A program made the translations under genes and the position numbers. From positions 1 to 64,000 of the IMG/VR virus record IMGVR_UViG_2974796443_000001: a stretch of DNA of 64,000 nt. One strand, given 5' to 3'. This document shows positions 49,326-58,402 of this stretch, piece after piece (position 1 is the first letter of the stretch; each line of letters starts with the position of its first letter). The notes beneath the pieces were generated by a model that saw only the letters and a list, made by a program, of their open reading frames with translations, was not told the DNA's origin and ran no database searches. Source of the DNA: a virus. Lineage: Duplodnaviria; Caudoviricetes.

Positions 49326-49762
49326 TGTTACATCCATCAGACAAAGAAATAAATTATTTAATAAGCCGAGAAGAGGAGAGGTTTAATTTAATCAATCCTC
49401 CTATCTCTTATCAAGCATGGGAGAATTCAACTGTCCTAGCAGATGAAGATGATTTCTTTGGTGATGATAAAAATCGTAAGTTTGCTAAATCTTTCGAGGT
49501 ACCTGCTGATTACGATTTTAACGAAAAGATAAAGAAATGGGAAAACGGGGTTTCTCAGATAACTAACTTGATGAGAGTCAAGATTCCTATTTCCTTACTT
49601 GCTAAAAATAATGTTGCCCCTAAGAAAGGTGATCAGATGATATTTGACGGTGAGGTATATGATGTTCTTTCAGTTAAGAAAACTGACATCATTCAAGGAA
49701 CCTCAAATAGATTTCTGTTTTATACAATAACAATAGATACTGAACAAACATCCCAAGACTAA
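49325..49762 (+). CDS. head closure / stopper protein
   Basis: Position; DDFFGD, PKKGDQMIFDGEVYDV. Confidence 0.6.
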   Translation: MLHPSDKEINYLISREEERFNLINPPISYQAWENSTVLADEDDFFGDDKNRKFAKSFEVPADYDFNEKIKKWENGVSQITNLMRVKIPISLLAKNNVAPKKGDQMIFDGEVYDVLSVKKTDIIQGTSNRFLFYTITIDTEQTSQD

Positions 49763-50073
49763 TGACCCAACTTAAAAAATTAATAGAGTCATCTAAGACT
49801 ACTCAGGAAATTCTAGATGTTCTAACTGAATCTAATACTAACTTAAATAGTTTAGTTAAGCAACTTAAAGCATCACCTAAAGTATCCGACGTCAAAGTGG
49901 GAGGTAAACCAACCTATAGAGAAATCTGGTTTACAATAGGTAAGGAAGACTGGACTCTTGCTATAGACACTCAGTTAAGTAATGACGCTGAACTTCAACT
50001 CTACTCGGAAGACGGATTTGGAGCTGACGACGCTTTGAAACATCTTAATAAATTAGGAGTAAAAATAAAATAA
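49762..50073 (+). CDS. tagged small protein
   Basis: MTQLKKLIESSKTTQEILDVLTE. Confidence 0.7.
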   Translation: MTQLKKLIESSKTTQEILDVLTESNTNLNSLVKQLKASPKVSDVKVGGKPTYREIWFTIGKEDWTLAIDTQLSNDAELQLYSEDGFGADDALKHLNKLGVKIK

Positions 50074-50077
50074 AATA

Positions 50078-50578
50078 ATGTTAGCTGTACGTCTCCCTAA
50101 AAATCTTACTAAGAAAGTTCGAGCTCTCAAGAAGCTAGCTAATCTTAATGAGGAATTTGTAGAGGAAAATATTAAAGCGTTTGCTGAGATGTTTTATAAT
50201 AGACTAATGCTTCATATTGAAAACCAAGATTTAGGGTGGAGACCTTTATCTACTGATTACTTAGAATGGAAACGTTCTGAAGGTAAAAGCACTAAGATTT
50301 GGGTTAAGGATGGAGTGCTTCAGAAAGAAATAAAACTAATGCGAATTACGGATGAGAATCTATGGTTCGTTGGTATTGATGGAACTGCAACTTACCCCGA
50401 TTCGGATATACCCGTTTCTATGATAGCTGCGGTTATGGAATATGGCTCTCCTAGCAAAGGTATTCCAGCTAGACCTTTATTTAGACCTAGTCGACAAGAA
50501 GTTATTAAGGAGATTAAAGTGATTATCGAAAGAAACAATCAACGTTTCCTTGCGAAACTGAAAAAAGAAATTGGATAA
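50078..50578 (+). CDS. tail completion / morphogenesis protein
   Basis: WRPLS..Y..WK, MEYG...IPARPLFRP. Confidence 0.75.
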   Translation: MLAVRLPKNLTKKVRALKKLANLNEEFVEENIKAFAEMFYNRLMLHIENQDLGWRPLSTDYLEWKRSEGKSTKIWVKDGVLQKEIKLMRITDENLWFVGIDGTATYPDSDIPVSMIAAVMEYGSPSKGIPARPLFRPSRQEVIKEIKVIIERNNQRFLAKLKKEIG

Positions 50579-50847
50579 TGAAAGTAATAGAAGGTAATAA
50601 TAATTATAGCTTATACTACACTAACGAGATGGGTTCTGTTATTAAGGTGAAAGAGCTTTATACTAACAGAATTATAATCGACTTAGATGGTAGGGAGAAA
50701 ATAATTAACCATAATGTATTTAATCGTATTCTTGAGGAATATGGTTATACGGCAGTTAGTTCTAAGAACAATAAGAAAAACTTGGGAGTTCTAGTTGAAT
50801 CCAAGTTGAACCCTAAAGATATCGTTGAGTGTCTAAGAGAGCAATAA
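50578..50847 (+). CDS. small protein with C-terminal tag-like motif
   Basis: NLGVLVESKLNPKDIVECLRE. Confidence 0.6.
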   Translation: MKVIEGNNNYSLYYTNEMGSVIKVKELYTNRIIIDLDGREKIINHNVFNRILEEYGYTAVSSKNNKKNLGVLVESKLNPKDIVECLREQ

Positions 50848-51785
50848 AATTTAAATTTCGTTTAGACGAGGGAGACTTCTTGATTGAAGCATCTAACATA
50901 GCATTATTCCTAGAAATAGGAGAATTCTATTCAATTGATGCTGAGTCAGGAATCATTGTATTTTCTATTCTTAAGTTTAGAGATATTGATACTTTAGAAA
51001 TAAAGGTAGATACTGATAATACTAAAGGGTCAATTAATACTAATGAAATCTTCACTGAACTACACCGAGGGTTTGACCTTAGTGCTTCTACAGTAGGTAA
51101 CTATGATACTCACTTCCACCGAAATGGTTATATGGGTATCTCTAATTCAGTTAAACAACTTTTCTTAAATAAAATAGATAACTGGGGTTGGAATAATCTT
51201 GGGTTATTTAGAACTTGGGAGCAGAGAAAAGTAAATGATGCTAAATGGGTACCTCTTGAATTCTTCAATAAGAGACCTGTATTTAGAAAAGAGTTAGTTG
51301 AACTAGAAAAAGATAAGGCTAAGATAACTTATCCGTATATGACCTTTACCCCTCTCGGTCATACTAACTTAACAGAAGAGTGGCCATTGATTGAAGACTG
51401 GACTTCATCTATGGATAACCTGTTGGTAGATCAAGAAGACGACGATGGCGTTGCTATCTTCCGTGATATAGAGGAATTTAAAGCTCCAGTAGTAAAAGAA
51501 TTTGGATATCAGATTACTGCCATAACGGTAGGGTTTCCTGACTTAGAGTTAATACGAACACATCTTGAGAATCAAATCTTTCCTCTAGATCACCTAGAGA
51601 GGTTTGCAACTTTCCCATCAGGATTTAATTATCGTGTTCGTCAGGAACCAACAGTAATCAATCCTTTAACTGATTCAGGGATTTTTGAATGCTCAATAGA
51701 TTATTACTTTTTAATACCTATCGTGGAACACTATCCTGAATACACTTTTAAAGCTATTAACGGAGAAATCGTTATTAGTGATTAA
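50829..51785 (+). CDS. putative tail terminator
   Basis: Directly upstream of the sheath gene; YPYM, YQIT; GTG start. Confidence 0.5.
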   Translation: MSKRAIKFKFRLDEGDFLIEASNIALFLEIGEFYSIDAESGIIVFSILKFRDIDTLEIKVDTDNTKGSINTNEIFTELHRGFDLSASTVGNYDTHFHRNGYMGISNSVKQLFLNKIDNWGWNNLGLFRTWEQRKVNDAKWVPLEFFNKRPVFRKELVELEKDKAKITYPYMTFTPLGHTNLTEEWPLIEDWTSSMDNLLVDQEDDDGVAIFRDIEEFKAPVVKEFGYQITAITVGFPDLELIRTHLENQIFPLDHLERFATFPSGFNYRVRQEPTVINPLTDSGIFECSIDYYFLIPIVEHYPEYTFKAINGEIVISD

Positions 51786-51820
51786 TTAACAAACATAGTT
51801 TTAATCTAAAATTTAACAAA

Positions 51821-53311
51821 ATGAACATAGGAAGTAATATTAGAGAAGAAAGCGATAACAGGGTAGCAACTGTTAATCCTGCTCCTCTATACAATATCGC
51901 TATTGTTGGTAAAGCTGATGCTGGACCACTAAACAAAGCCGTACTATTAGCTGACGATGACTTCTTTTACAGAATTTTTGGTAGAAACAATGTTGATTAC
52001 GCTGCTCACATTATAAGAGGTATCTTTCAAAATGTTGAAGACGTAGTTCCTAATGTATATTTTGTTAGAGACTATGACCCAACTGAAGCGGGAGATGCTG
52101 CAAGTGTAGCGCTTACTACTGTTGGAACTGGAAGCATAACTGTTTCCTCTGCATACTTTGGAGATACGTCTCCTGGTGCTGACGGTAATAAGTTGAGAGT
52201 AGTAGTCAACGATGGTTTTACTTCAGGTTCTTATTACATAGAAGTTTACAAAGCTGATTCAGACGGGAATTTATCTAGAGTAGAAACTACTCCTGAATTT
52301 ACTATTAGTAACATTAAGGAAATTCTTGATGCTAACTCTCAGTACATAACTGCAACATCCGTTACACCTGAAACGGTAACTGCAATAACTGCCGGTACTA
52401 CTTTATCTCTAACTTCAGGGGCTGATCCTGACGATGCTGCTGAAGCTGACTCAATCGCTAACCTAGCAGTTCTTGAGAATAAGAAGCTTCAGTATATTAT
52501 TCATACTGACCATTTCACTCAGAGTTACTTCCTACTTCAGGAAGCTTGGGCTAGAAAACAAAAGGTTTTACCTATAATTTCTGCTAGTTCAAGTATGAAC
52601 CCTGCAAGTACCTTTACTGAATACTCTAGCCTTTTGGTTAAAGAGAGTTTCAATGCTGGTTACTTCAACTGGGGCTACGTTTCCAAGTTCGATGAAGATG
52701 AGGGAGAAGTACTAGTTCCATTAATTGGACATATCTTCGGTGCTTACTACGTTAACAACCGAGTTAAGGAGGGTTCTAAGGCACATGAAGCTCCAGGTGG
52801 AATGCGTGTTACTGTTAGAGGAATTAATAGTCTTCAGCATAATGATCTTTTAACTCCTACTATCCGAACTAGTATAACTAGGTCTTATGGTTGGAACGTT
52901 ATTAACTTCGAAGAGGGGTTTGGTATTGTAGTACAGAGTTCTCGAACTATGTCGACTGCTAACCACCTTTATTCAATTCACATCCGAACTGCTAAGAATT
53001 ACTTAATTCAGAGCTTTGCTGATACTTTGAAATTCTACCAACAGAAAGGTAACAATCCTAAGAATAGATTGTCATTAACTGTTGCGTTACGTTCTTTCTT
53101 ACGAGGAGAGTACGATAAAGGGATGTTCGAAGTTGAGAATGGATTTGAAGGGTCTGTTGGGGTTATTTGCGATGAGACTAACAATGGTAAGCTAGTTAGA
53201 CAACAACGTCAAATGCAATCCAGAGTTAAATTAGTGTTTACTGAAATCGCAGAAGAAGTTACTTTAGCTTTATCTCAGTCAGTTGACGCTTTAAATATTG
53301 TTGAACAATAA
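51821..53311 (+). CDS. tail sheath protein
   Basis: G.A..GP.NK; YFNW; HEAPGG; SSRT; VICDETNN; EIAEEV. Confidence 0.92.
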   Translation: MNIGSNIREESDNRVATVNPAPLYNIAIVGKADAGPLNKAVLLADDDFFYRIFGRNNVDYAAHIIRGIFQNVEDVVPNVYFVRDYDPTEAGDAASVALTTVGTGSITVSSAYFGDTSPGADGNKLRVVVNDGFTSGSYYIEVYKADSDGNLSRVETTPEFTISNIKEILDANSQYITATSVTPETVTAITAGTTLSLTSGADPDDAAEADSIANLAVLENKKLQYIIHTDHFTQSYFLLQEAWARKQKVLPIISASSSMNPASTFTEYSSLLVKESFNAGYFNWGYVSKFDEDEGEVLVPLIGHIFGAYYVNNRVKEGSKAHEAPGGMRVTVRGINSLQHNDLLTPTIRTSITRSYGWNVINFEEGFGIVVQSSRTMSTANHLYSIHIRTAKNYLIQSFADTLKFYQQKGNNPKNRLSLTVALRSFLRGEYDKGMFEVENGFEGSVGVICDETNNGKLVRQQRQMQSRVKLVFTEIAEEVTLALSQSVDALNIVEQ

Positions 53312-53321
53312 AATCCGAAAT

Positions 53322-53789
53322 ATGAGACCTCAAGTTATAGAGACTACTACTAATTTAATGACTGCTAACTTATTCACTTTTGAATTTGTTGGAGTTGCGT
53401 TAAATAGCCCTAACTTCAATAGAGTTGAAGGAGCTAACTTAATGGCTGAGACTGTGGAACACCCTGACGGTGGTACTGGTATCATCCGAAAGTTCCATGG
53501 TGGAACAGTTAGAGCCGAAGATATTTCTATTGTAAGAGTTAGAGATAATACGCAAAACGATCTTGACCTTTACAACATGGTAAGGAATTACCTAGTAACA
53601 GGTCAGAAGAGAGATGGGTTGATGGTTAAACGTCAATTCGGAAAGATCATCCGAAGAATAGAATTCGAAGGATTGAATACTTCTGCTGAGCAACTTCCGT
53701 CTTACGACAACGGGGCTGCTGCTGGTGAGGAGATAACTTATGCTTGTCAAGTTGACTGGTATGAAGAACTATTTACAGGACTTTCTTAA
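53322..53789 (+). CDS. tail tube protein (gp19-like)
   Basis: Follows sheath; F..V.G...E.VE..DGG pattern; ATG 53322. Confidence 0.85.
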   Translation: MRPQVIETTTNLMTANLFTFEFVGVALNSPNFNRVEGANLMAETVEHPDGGTGIIRKFHGGTVRAEDISIVRVRDNTQNDLDLYNMVRNYLVTGQKRDGLMVKRQFGKIIRRIEFEGLNTSAEQLPSYDNGAAAGEEITYACQVDWYEELFTGLS

Positions 53790-54157
53790 TGAAACTGACT
53801 TTTGTTAAATCAATCGTTGAAGGGAAGTTCCTAATTGTAGTTAGTACAACGGAATTTGCCCAATCTGATCTTGACCTAATGGCTCTTCACGGAGAGCCTA
53901 TAGTGTCTATCGGTGGGGAGTTAAATGATACTGATGATGCTTTCTTGATGAACTTTCCTAAAGTAGATAGATTAATTAAATCTGATTTACCTTACACAAT
54001 AGAAGTTTCTGATAGTACAGTACCGAACAATGCACTCTCACTACTTGATGTTGCCCTTTCTATTACAGCTAAAGTCCAACTAGTTATAGATCAAGCAATG
54101 ACAGATTTGAGAGCTAAGACTGACACTTTCAGTGGGACTACTGAAGTGACTATTTGA
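53789..54157 (+). CDS. putative virion protein
   Basis: Translationally coupled to tube gene. Confidence 0.55.
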   Translation: MKLTFVKSIVEGKFLIVVSTTEFAQSDLDLMALHGEPIVSIGGELNDTDDAFLMNFPKVDRLIKSDLPYTIEVSDSTVPNNALSLLDVALSITAKVQLVIDQAMTDLRAKTDTFSGTTEVTI

Positions 54158-54180
54158 GACTCGCTTCCAGAGCCGATCGA

Positions 54181-54211
54181 TAAGCCCTACCCCTAACCAA
54201 GGTAGGGTTTA
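54181..54211 (+). terminator. terminator hairpin
   Basis: TAAGCCCTACC-loop-GGTAGGGTTTA. Confidence 0.75.
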
Positions 54212-54275
54212 TTATTAACTGTGAATCGAATACCGCTAAAATCCACTTTTAAATTTGTAAATTAAATACTTTATT

Positions 54276-55130
54276 ATGGAAGCTAATGAGAATCAAAAAG
54301 TTTACAACAAACTACATGTCCCATTTGAGTTTGACGGTAAATTGATCGAGTATTTCTCCGCAAGAGAAGTTACTCCAAAAGAAATTAATGACTATCTAAA
54401 TAGTGATAAGAAGCAGAATATAGACTACATAAAGTGGGTACTAGATTCAGCTTGTGTTTGTCTTGACTCTTTAGGTGACTATTCAGTTAACTCTCAATGG
54501 GTTGCTAATAAGAGAAACACTTATCCTAGAGTTCTTCTTGCAATGCCTATTGTTAACTTTACTAGTATCTTAATTGGCTCTCACATTGAGACCTTTGAGA
54601 ACTTAATAGAAGAAGCCCCGTCTTTCGATAAGATAAGTGGGAAACCCTTCTTAGGTAAAGTTGATCTACTGGAGAATGCTGATGGTAGACAGGCACAGAC
54701 TGCTAGTGAGTTATCTGTTGACATCGAACTTAAGTCAGGTTATTTCATGTCAGATAAGCTAGCCCAGAGAGTTGGAACTACTACTGATAATAAAATTGAG
54801 CTAATAGGAATTAGGATTCCGACTTTAGAAGATGCCTATAAAGTACGTGAGCACTACGGAGTTGATGAAAACAACTATTCATTTCAAACTAACTTACTAG
54901 GTAGGTGTTTGTATAAAGCGGTTTGTGTTGATGGTACTGAACTCCCTGATAATATTGTTCAGACACGAGGTATTGATATAATAAGCGGATTATCAGCTAA
55001 GGACATCAGAGAAGTTATTAAAGGACACAATAAAATCAAGCCTGTTAATAATACCTATACAGTTCAGTCTGATGACGATAAGGTAGGAACAATAGAGATA
55101 GACTCGGGTTTTCTATTCTCTCTCGCTTAG
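54276..55130 (+). CDS. tail assembly chaperone (gpG-like)
   Basis: Lies between tube and tape measure; IRIPT..D, LSAKD; slippery site at its 3' end. Confidence 0.75.
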   Translation: MEANENQKVYNKLHVPFEFDGKLIEYFSAREVTPKEINDYLNSDKKQNIDYIKWVLDSACVCLDSLGDYSVNSQWVANKRNTYPRVLLAMPIVNFTSILIGSHIETFENLIEEAPSFDKISGKPFLGKVDLLENADGRQAQTASELSVDIELKSGYFMSDKLAQRVGTTTDNKIELIGIRIPTLEDAYKVREHYGVDENNYSFQTNLLGRCLYKAVCVDGTELPDNIVQTRGIDIISGLSAKDIREVIKGHNKIKPVNNTYTVQSDDDKVGTIEIDSGFLFSLA

Positions 55131-55375
55131 ATTCAAGTCCATTAGCGAGGGAGTTATTCAACATAGGATTAACTCCTTTATATCATAACATATTTTATAT
55201 GGCTACTATTGTATTCGGACATAAGTATATTGATAAGATTTATGGAATAGCAACAGTACTCTCAGTTGAGACTAGTAATAGTTTTAACGATGTTTTAAAT
55301 TGGACTTACAAAGAGATAATGCATAGGGATAGATTATACCGTCATTATTTCGAACAAAGAAACTCTAAACAATAA
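55106..55375 (+). other. -1 programmed frameshift site and extension (gpGT-like)
   Basis: G GGT TTT at 55106-55112; hairpin 55118-55153; -1 frame open to TAA 55373-55375. Confidence 0.85.
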
Positions 55376-55378
55376 TGA

Positions 55379-57529
55379 ATGCAAACTAGATTAGATTTTG
55401 GTATAGGATTCGAACATCAGTCAGTAGATAAACAGACTAGATCACTTAAGCGTCAAGCTAAGGTAATGCTAGGAGCTGTATCTGCTCTGGTTACTATGAA
55501 GAAAGCTGGAGGTGCTGCAAGTAAATCCATTGGGTCTGGTTTCAGTTCCATGGGTAAACGAGCAGGTAGCCTGACTAAGATGATTGGAAATAAATTACCT
55601 GGAGCTTATGGAGTCCTACTTAAGGGAGCAACTAAGTTCGCATCTTTCGCTTCTGATAGCTTTGACCAGCTTAGTAAGGATGCTATGATATTGGAAGGGA
55701 GGTATACTAGACTAGCTAATGTTCTAGGGTCTAACTCCTATGCTACTAAGGTCAATAAATGGCAACGAGAGCAGTTAGCTAATATGCCAATTATCCAAGA
55801 CGACCTACAAGACTTCACTCTTGCTATGAATAAGTTTGGTATTCCACCTGACTTAATGAATCTTAAAGGTGTTATTGAAGCGGGTGTAGGTCCAGCTAAT
55901 GACTTTAACAATGCCTTGTCCTCAATGATGGACTTAGCTAACGGAGGTGATATCCAAGCTTTCCAAGAGTCAATGAATTTCAAGGTGTCTGCTCAGGAAA
56001 TAGGGAATGCTCTACAAGGGGCTTCTACTGTTCAAGAAAGGATGATTGCTATTTCAAACTTTTATGATAAATCATTTGCAGGAGGGGTAGAAAGAAGTAA
56101 TAGGACTATAGCCCAATCAATGAGTTTTGCAGGGAATATATTCCAAGACTTTAGGGAAGCCATCATAGGTGAACCAGTCAAGGGAGGGTTCTTATATGAG
56201 GTTCAGCAGATGTTCAAAGATGGTGTTGACTATCTTCGAGATAATAGAAAAGGAATAATTCTACTAGGTAAATCTATAAGTGGAGTATTAACCGCTGCAT
56301 TCAAAGGAGCTATGAGAGCTGCAGGTCCACTAGTTGACATGGTCAAGGACTTAATAGGTTCATTTGAGACTTCAGCAGATACTATGCAAAAGAAATCAGC
56401 CATGATAGGTTTAGCTTTCACCTTTCTAGGGGAGAGACTTAGATGGGCATTTAATAATCCTCTTACTGCTTTAGATATATTGTGGGATAAGATCGTAGGT
56501 CTACCTGCTAAGTTAATGGATTTAGACTTTGAAGGAGGTTTCTCTGACAAACTGTTTGAAGTAGGGAAGAATGCAGGTAAGTGGTTATGGAAAGGTATTA
56601 AAGCAGGATTCTTTGCTCTAATGGAACTTGGAGGTGAATTCCAACAACTAGGAGCTAAAATAGGAGCTGAAATAATAAAAGGGGTTGGTTTAGATGATAC
56701 TAAGGCTGGCAGGTTCCTACTTAAGACAATGGGTTTTGCCTCAGCTACAGGAAGTATGATGAGTACCTCAGCTAAAGCTCAACGTAAGGAAGTTTTCGCA
56801 GTAGAGCGAGGTCAAGAGAAACAGAAGAATAATAAAAGTACTGCTTTAGCTGCAATAAACTCTGCAATGGATAAAGCTGGTATTACTGACCCATCACATC
56901 GAGCTTATGTATTAGCTACCGCTGAACATGAGAGTAATGGATTTAACGCTAAATCCGAATCCTCTAGATGGTCATACAAAACTTTCCAAGATTTATTTGG
57001 TAAGCGTAATGGGAATGATAAAATAAGTGCAGGAGCCTACAAGAAAATGTCATCTCAACAAAGGTTTGGGGCTGCTTATACTGGGATACTAGGAAATAAG
57101 AATGCTGACGACGCAAACCGATTTAAAGGTAGAGGGTATGTTCAGTTAACAGGTAGAAGCAATTATAGTAAAGCTACGATAGCACTTAAGAAAGCAGGTT
57201 ACAATGTTGATTTAGTTAAGAATCCTGAATTAGCCGAACGACCTGATATAGCTGCATTCCTACTTAGTCAAGGTATGAAGAGTGGGTCATTTACAGGTAA
57301 GTCTTTATCTGATTATGGATCAGGAGCTTCTTTTGATGCTATTAATGCTCGTAAGACTGTTAATGGAATGTTCCACGCAGATAAAGTAAGTGCCTTATAT
57401 GACCAGAATACAGGAGGTTCTTCAGTGAATATGAACGTGACTATTATTAATCCAGTTAACGGCAAACAAGTTGTTAATGAAATGAAAAACGAATTGGAAC
57501 GTAAAGGATTCCAAAAAGATCAAACTTAA
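55379..57529 (+). CDS. tape measure protein with C-terminal GH19 lysozyme-like domain
   Basis: Helical A/G-rich body; YVLATAEHES, FKGRGYVQLTGRSNY, NPEL. Confidence 0.88.
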   Translation: MQTRLDFGIGFEHQSVDKQTRSLKRQAKVMLGAVSALVTMKKAGGAASKSIGSGFSSMGKRAGSLTKMIGNKLPGAYGVLLKGATKFASFASDSFDQLSKDAMILEGRYTRLANVLGSNSYATKVNKWQREQLANMPIIQDDLQDFTLAMNKFGIPPDLMNLKGVIEAGVGPANDFNNALSSMMDLANGGDIQAFQESMNFKVSAQEIGNALQGASTVQERMIAISNFYDKSFAGGVERSNRTIAQSMSFAGNIFQDFREAIIGEPVKGGFLYEVQQMFKDGVDYLRDNRKGIILLGKSISGVLTAAFKGAMRAAGPLVDMVKDLIGSFETSADTMQKKSAMIGLAFTFLGERLRWAFNNPLTALDILWDKIVGLPAKLMDLDFEGGFSDKLFEVGKNAGKWLWKGIKAGFFALMELGGEFQQLGAKIGAEIIKGVGLDDTKAGRFLLKTMGFASATGSMMSTSAKAQRKEVFAVERGQEKQKNNKSTALAAINSAMDKAGITDPSHRAYVLATAEHESNGFNAKSESSRWSYKTFQDLFGKRNGNDKISAGAYKKMSSQQRFGAAYTGILGNKNADDANRFKGRGYVQLTGRSNYSKATIALKKAGYNVDLVKNPELAERPDIAAFLLSQGMKSGSFTGKSLSDYGSGASFDAINARKTVNGMFHADKVSALYDQNTGGSSVNMNVTIINPVNGKQVVNEMKNELERKGFQKDQT

Positions 57530-57530
57530 T

Positions 57531-58124
57531 ATGGCGATACCTAGAGCAAGATTCCGTGGTTTTATTAGCAATCCTGATGCAGGGTTGTTTCTACCTTTTA
57601 TGCTTAATCCTCAACCTCTTACTATTAATAAAACAGTAAATTGGGAAACTGAAGCAGTACCTGGATTAGCAGCGCCTGTTCATTATTTCCAATCAGGAGG
57701 AGAGAAGATTATATCATTCAACACTTTCTTTGATAATTCAGCGGCAGGTGTTTCATCTAATCTATATCCATTCGTTAACCCTGTTGGGGTAAGAGGGATT
57801 GAAAGTATATTAGAAGCTTTCTTAAATCCTCAAGCAACTTCAATAACTAATGGTGAATTCAACTTAGCTGGAGCTATTAAGTTTAAAGCACCTCCTCTTT
57901 GTACCTTAGTACTAGGTCTTAGATTCTGGAATGGTTACTTAGTATCTGCCCCATTAGAGGAAACTAAATTTAATACTAATCTTACTCCAACTCAATTTTC
58001 TTCAACTCTTGAATTCTCAGTAGTTGAAGATGGGGTTATTAATGAAGCTAATGTACTAACAAGAAATGGTTTGGCTTTAGCTGAGAGTGGAGTGAATTTG
58101 TTTAACTTCTCAATAGATATATAA
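57531..58124 (+). CDS. tail tube initiator / baseplate protein
   Basis: FMLNP..L...K.V.W....VPG; PPLC.L..G. Confidence 0.75.
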   Translation: MAIPRARFRGFISNPDAGLFLPFMLNPQPLTINKTVNWETEAVPGLAAPVHYFQSGGEKIISFNTFFDNSAAGVSSNLYPFVNPVGVRGIESILEAFLNPQATSITNGEFNLAGAIKFKAPPLCTLVLGLRFWNGYLVSAPLEETKFNTNLTPTQFSSTLEFSVVEDGVINEANVLTRNGLALAESGVNLFNFSIDI

Positions 58125-58402
58125 TGTCAGTACAATATCCCGAAGTAGAGATTACTAAAGATAATAAAGATTATAGGATTCCTTGGACTAAGGCTCGTAA
58201 GACTTCTTCTGAAAGTACTATTCATGTGGTTACTGAAGAAGACATCCTAGCAAATCCTCCTCATATCTACCACACCTTGTCCACTAAGTATTTTGGGGAT
58301 AATAGTTATTGGGAATTAATATATGATGCCAATGCTCTGTTTTCTCCTAATATTGTTGTTCCAGGAATTAAAATCAAAATACCCGTACTTATAAATGGCT
58401 AA
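58124..58402 (+). CDS. LysM-like baseplate protein
   Basis: LS.KYFGD..YW..IYDAN.....PG..IKIP. Confidence 0.8.
   Translation: MSVQYPEVEITKDNKDYRIPWTKARKTSSESTIHVVTEEDILANPPHIYHTLSTKYFGDNSYWELIYDANALFSPNIVVPGIKIKIPVLING

Noticed and set aside
50578-51785. Frameshift fusion of 50578 with 50829
   Set aside because: No X XXY YYZ slippery site in the overlap; a GTG start explains the second gene
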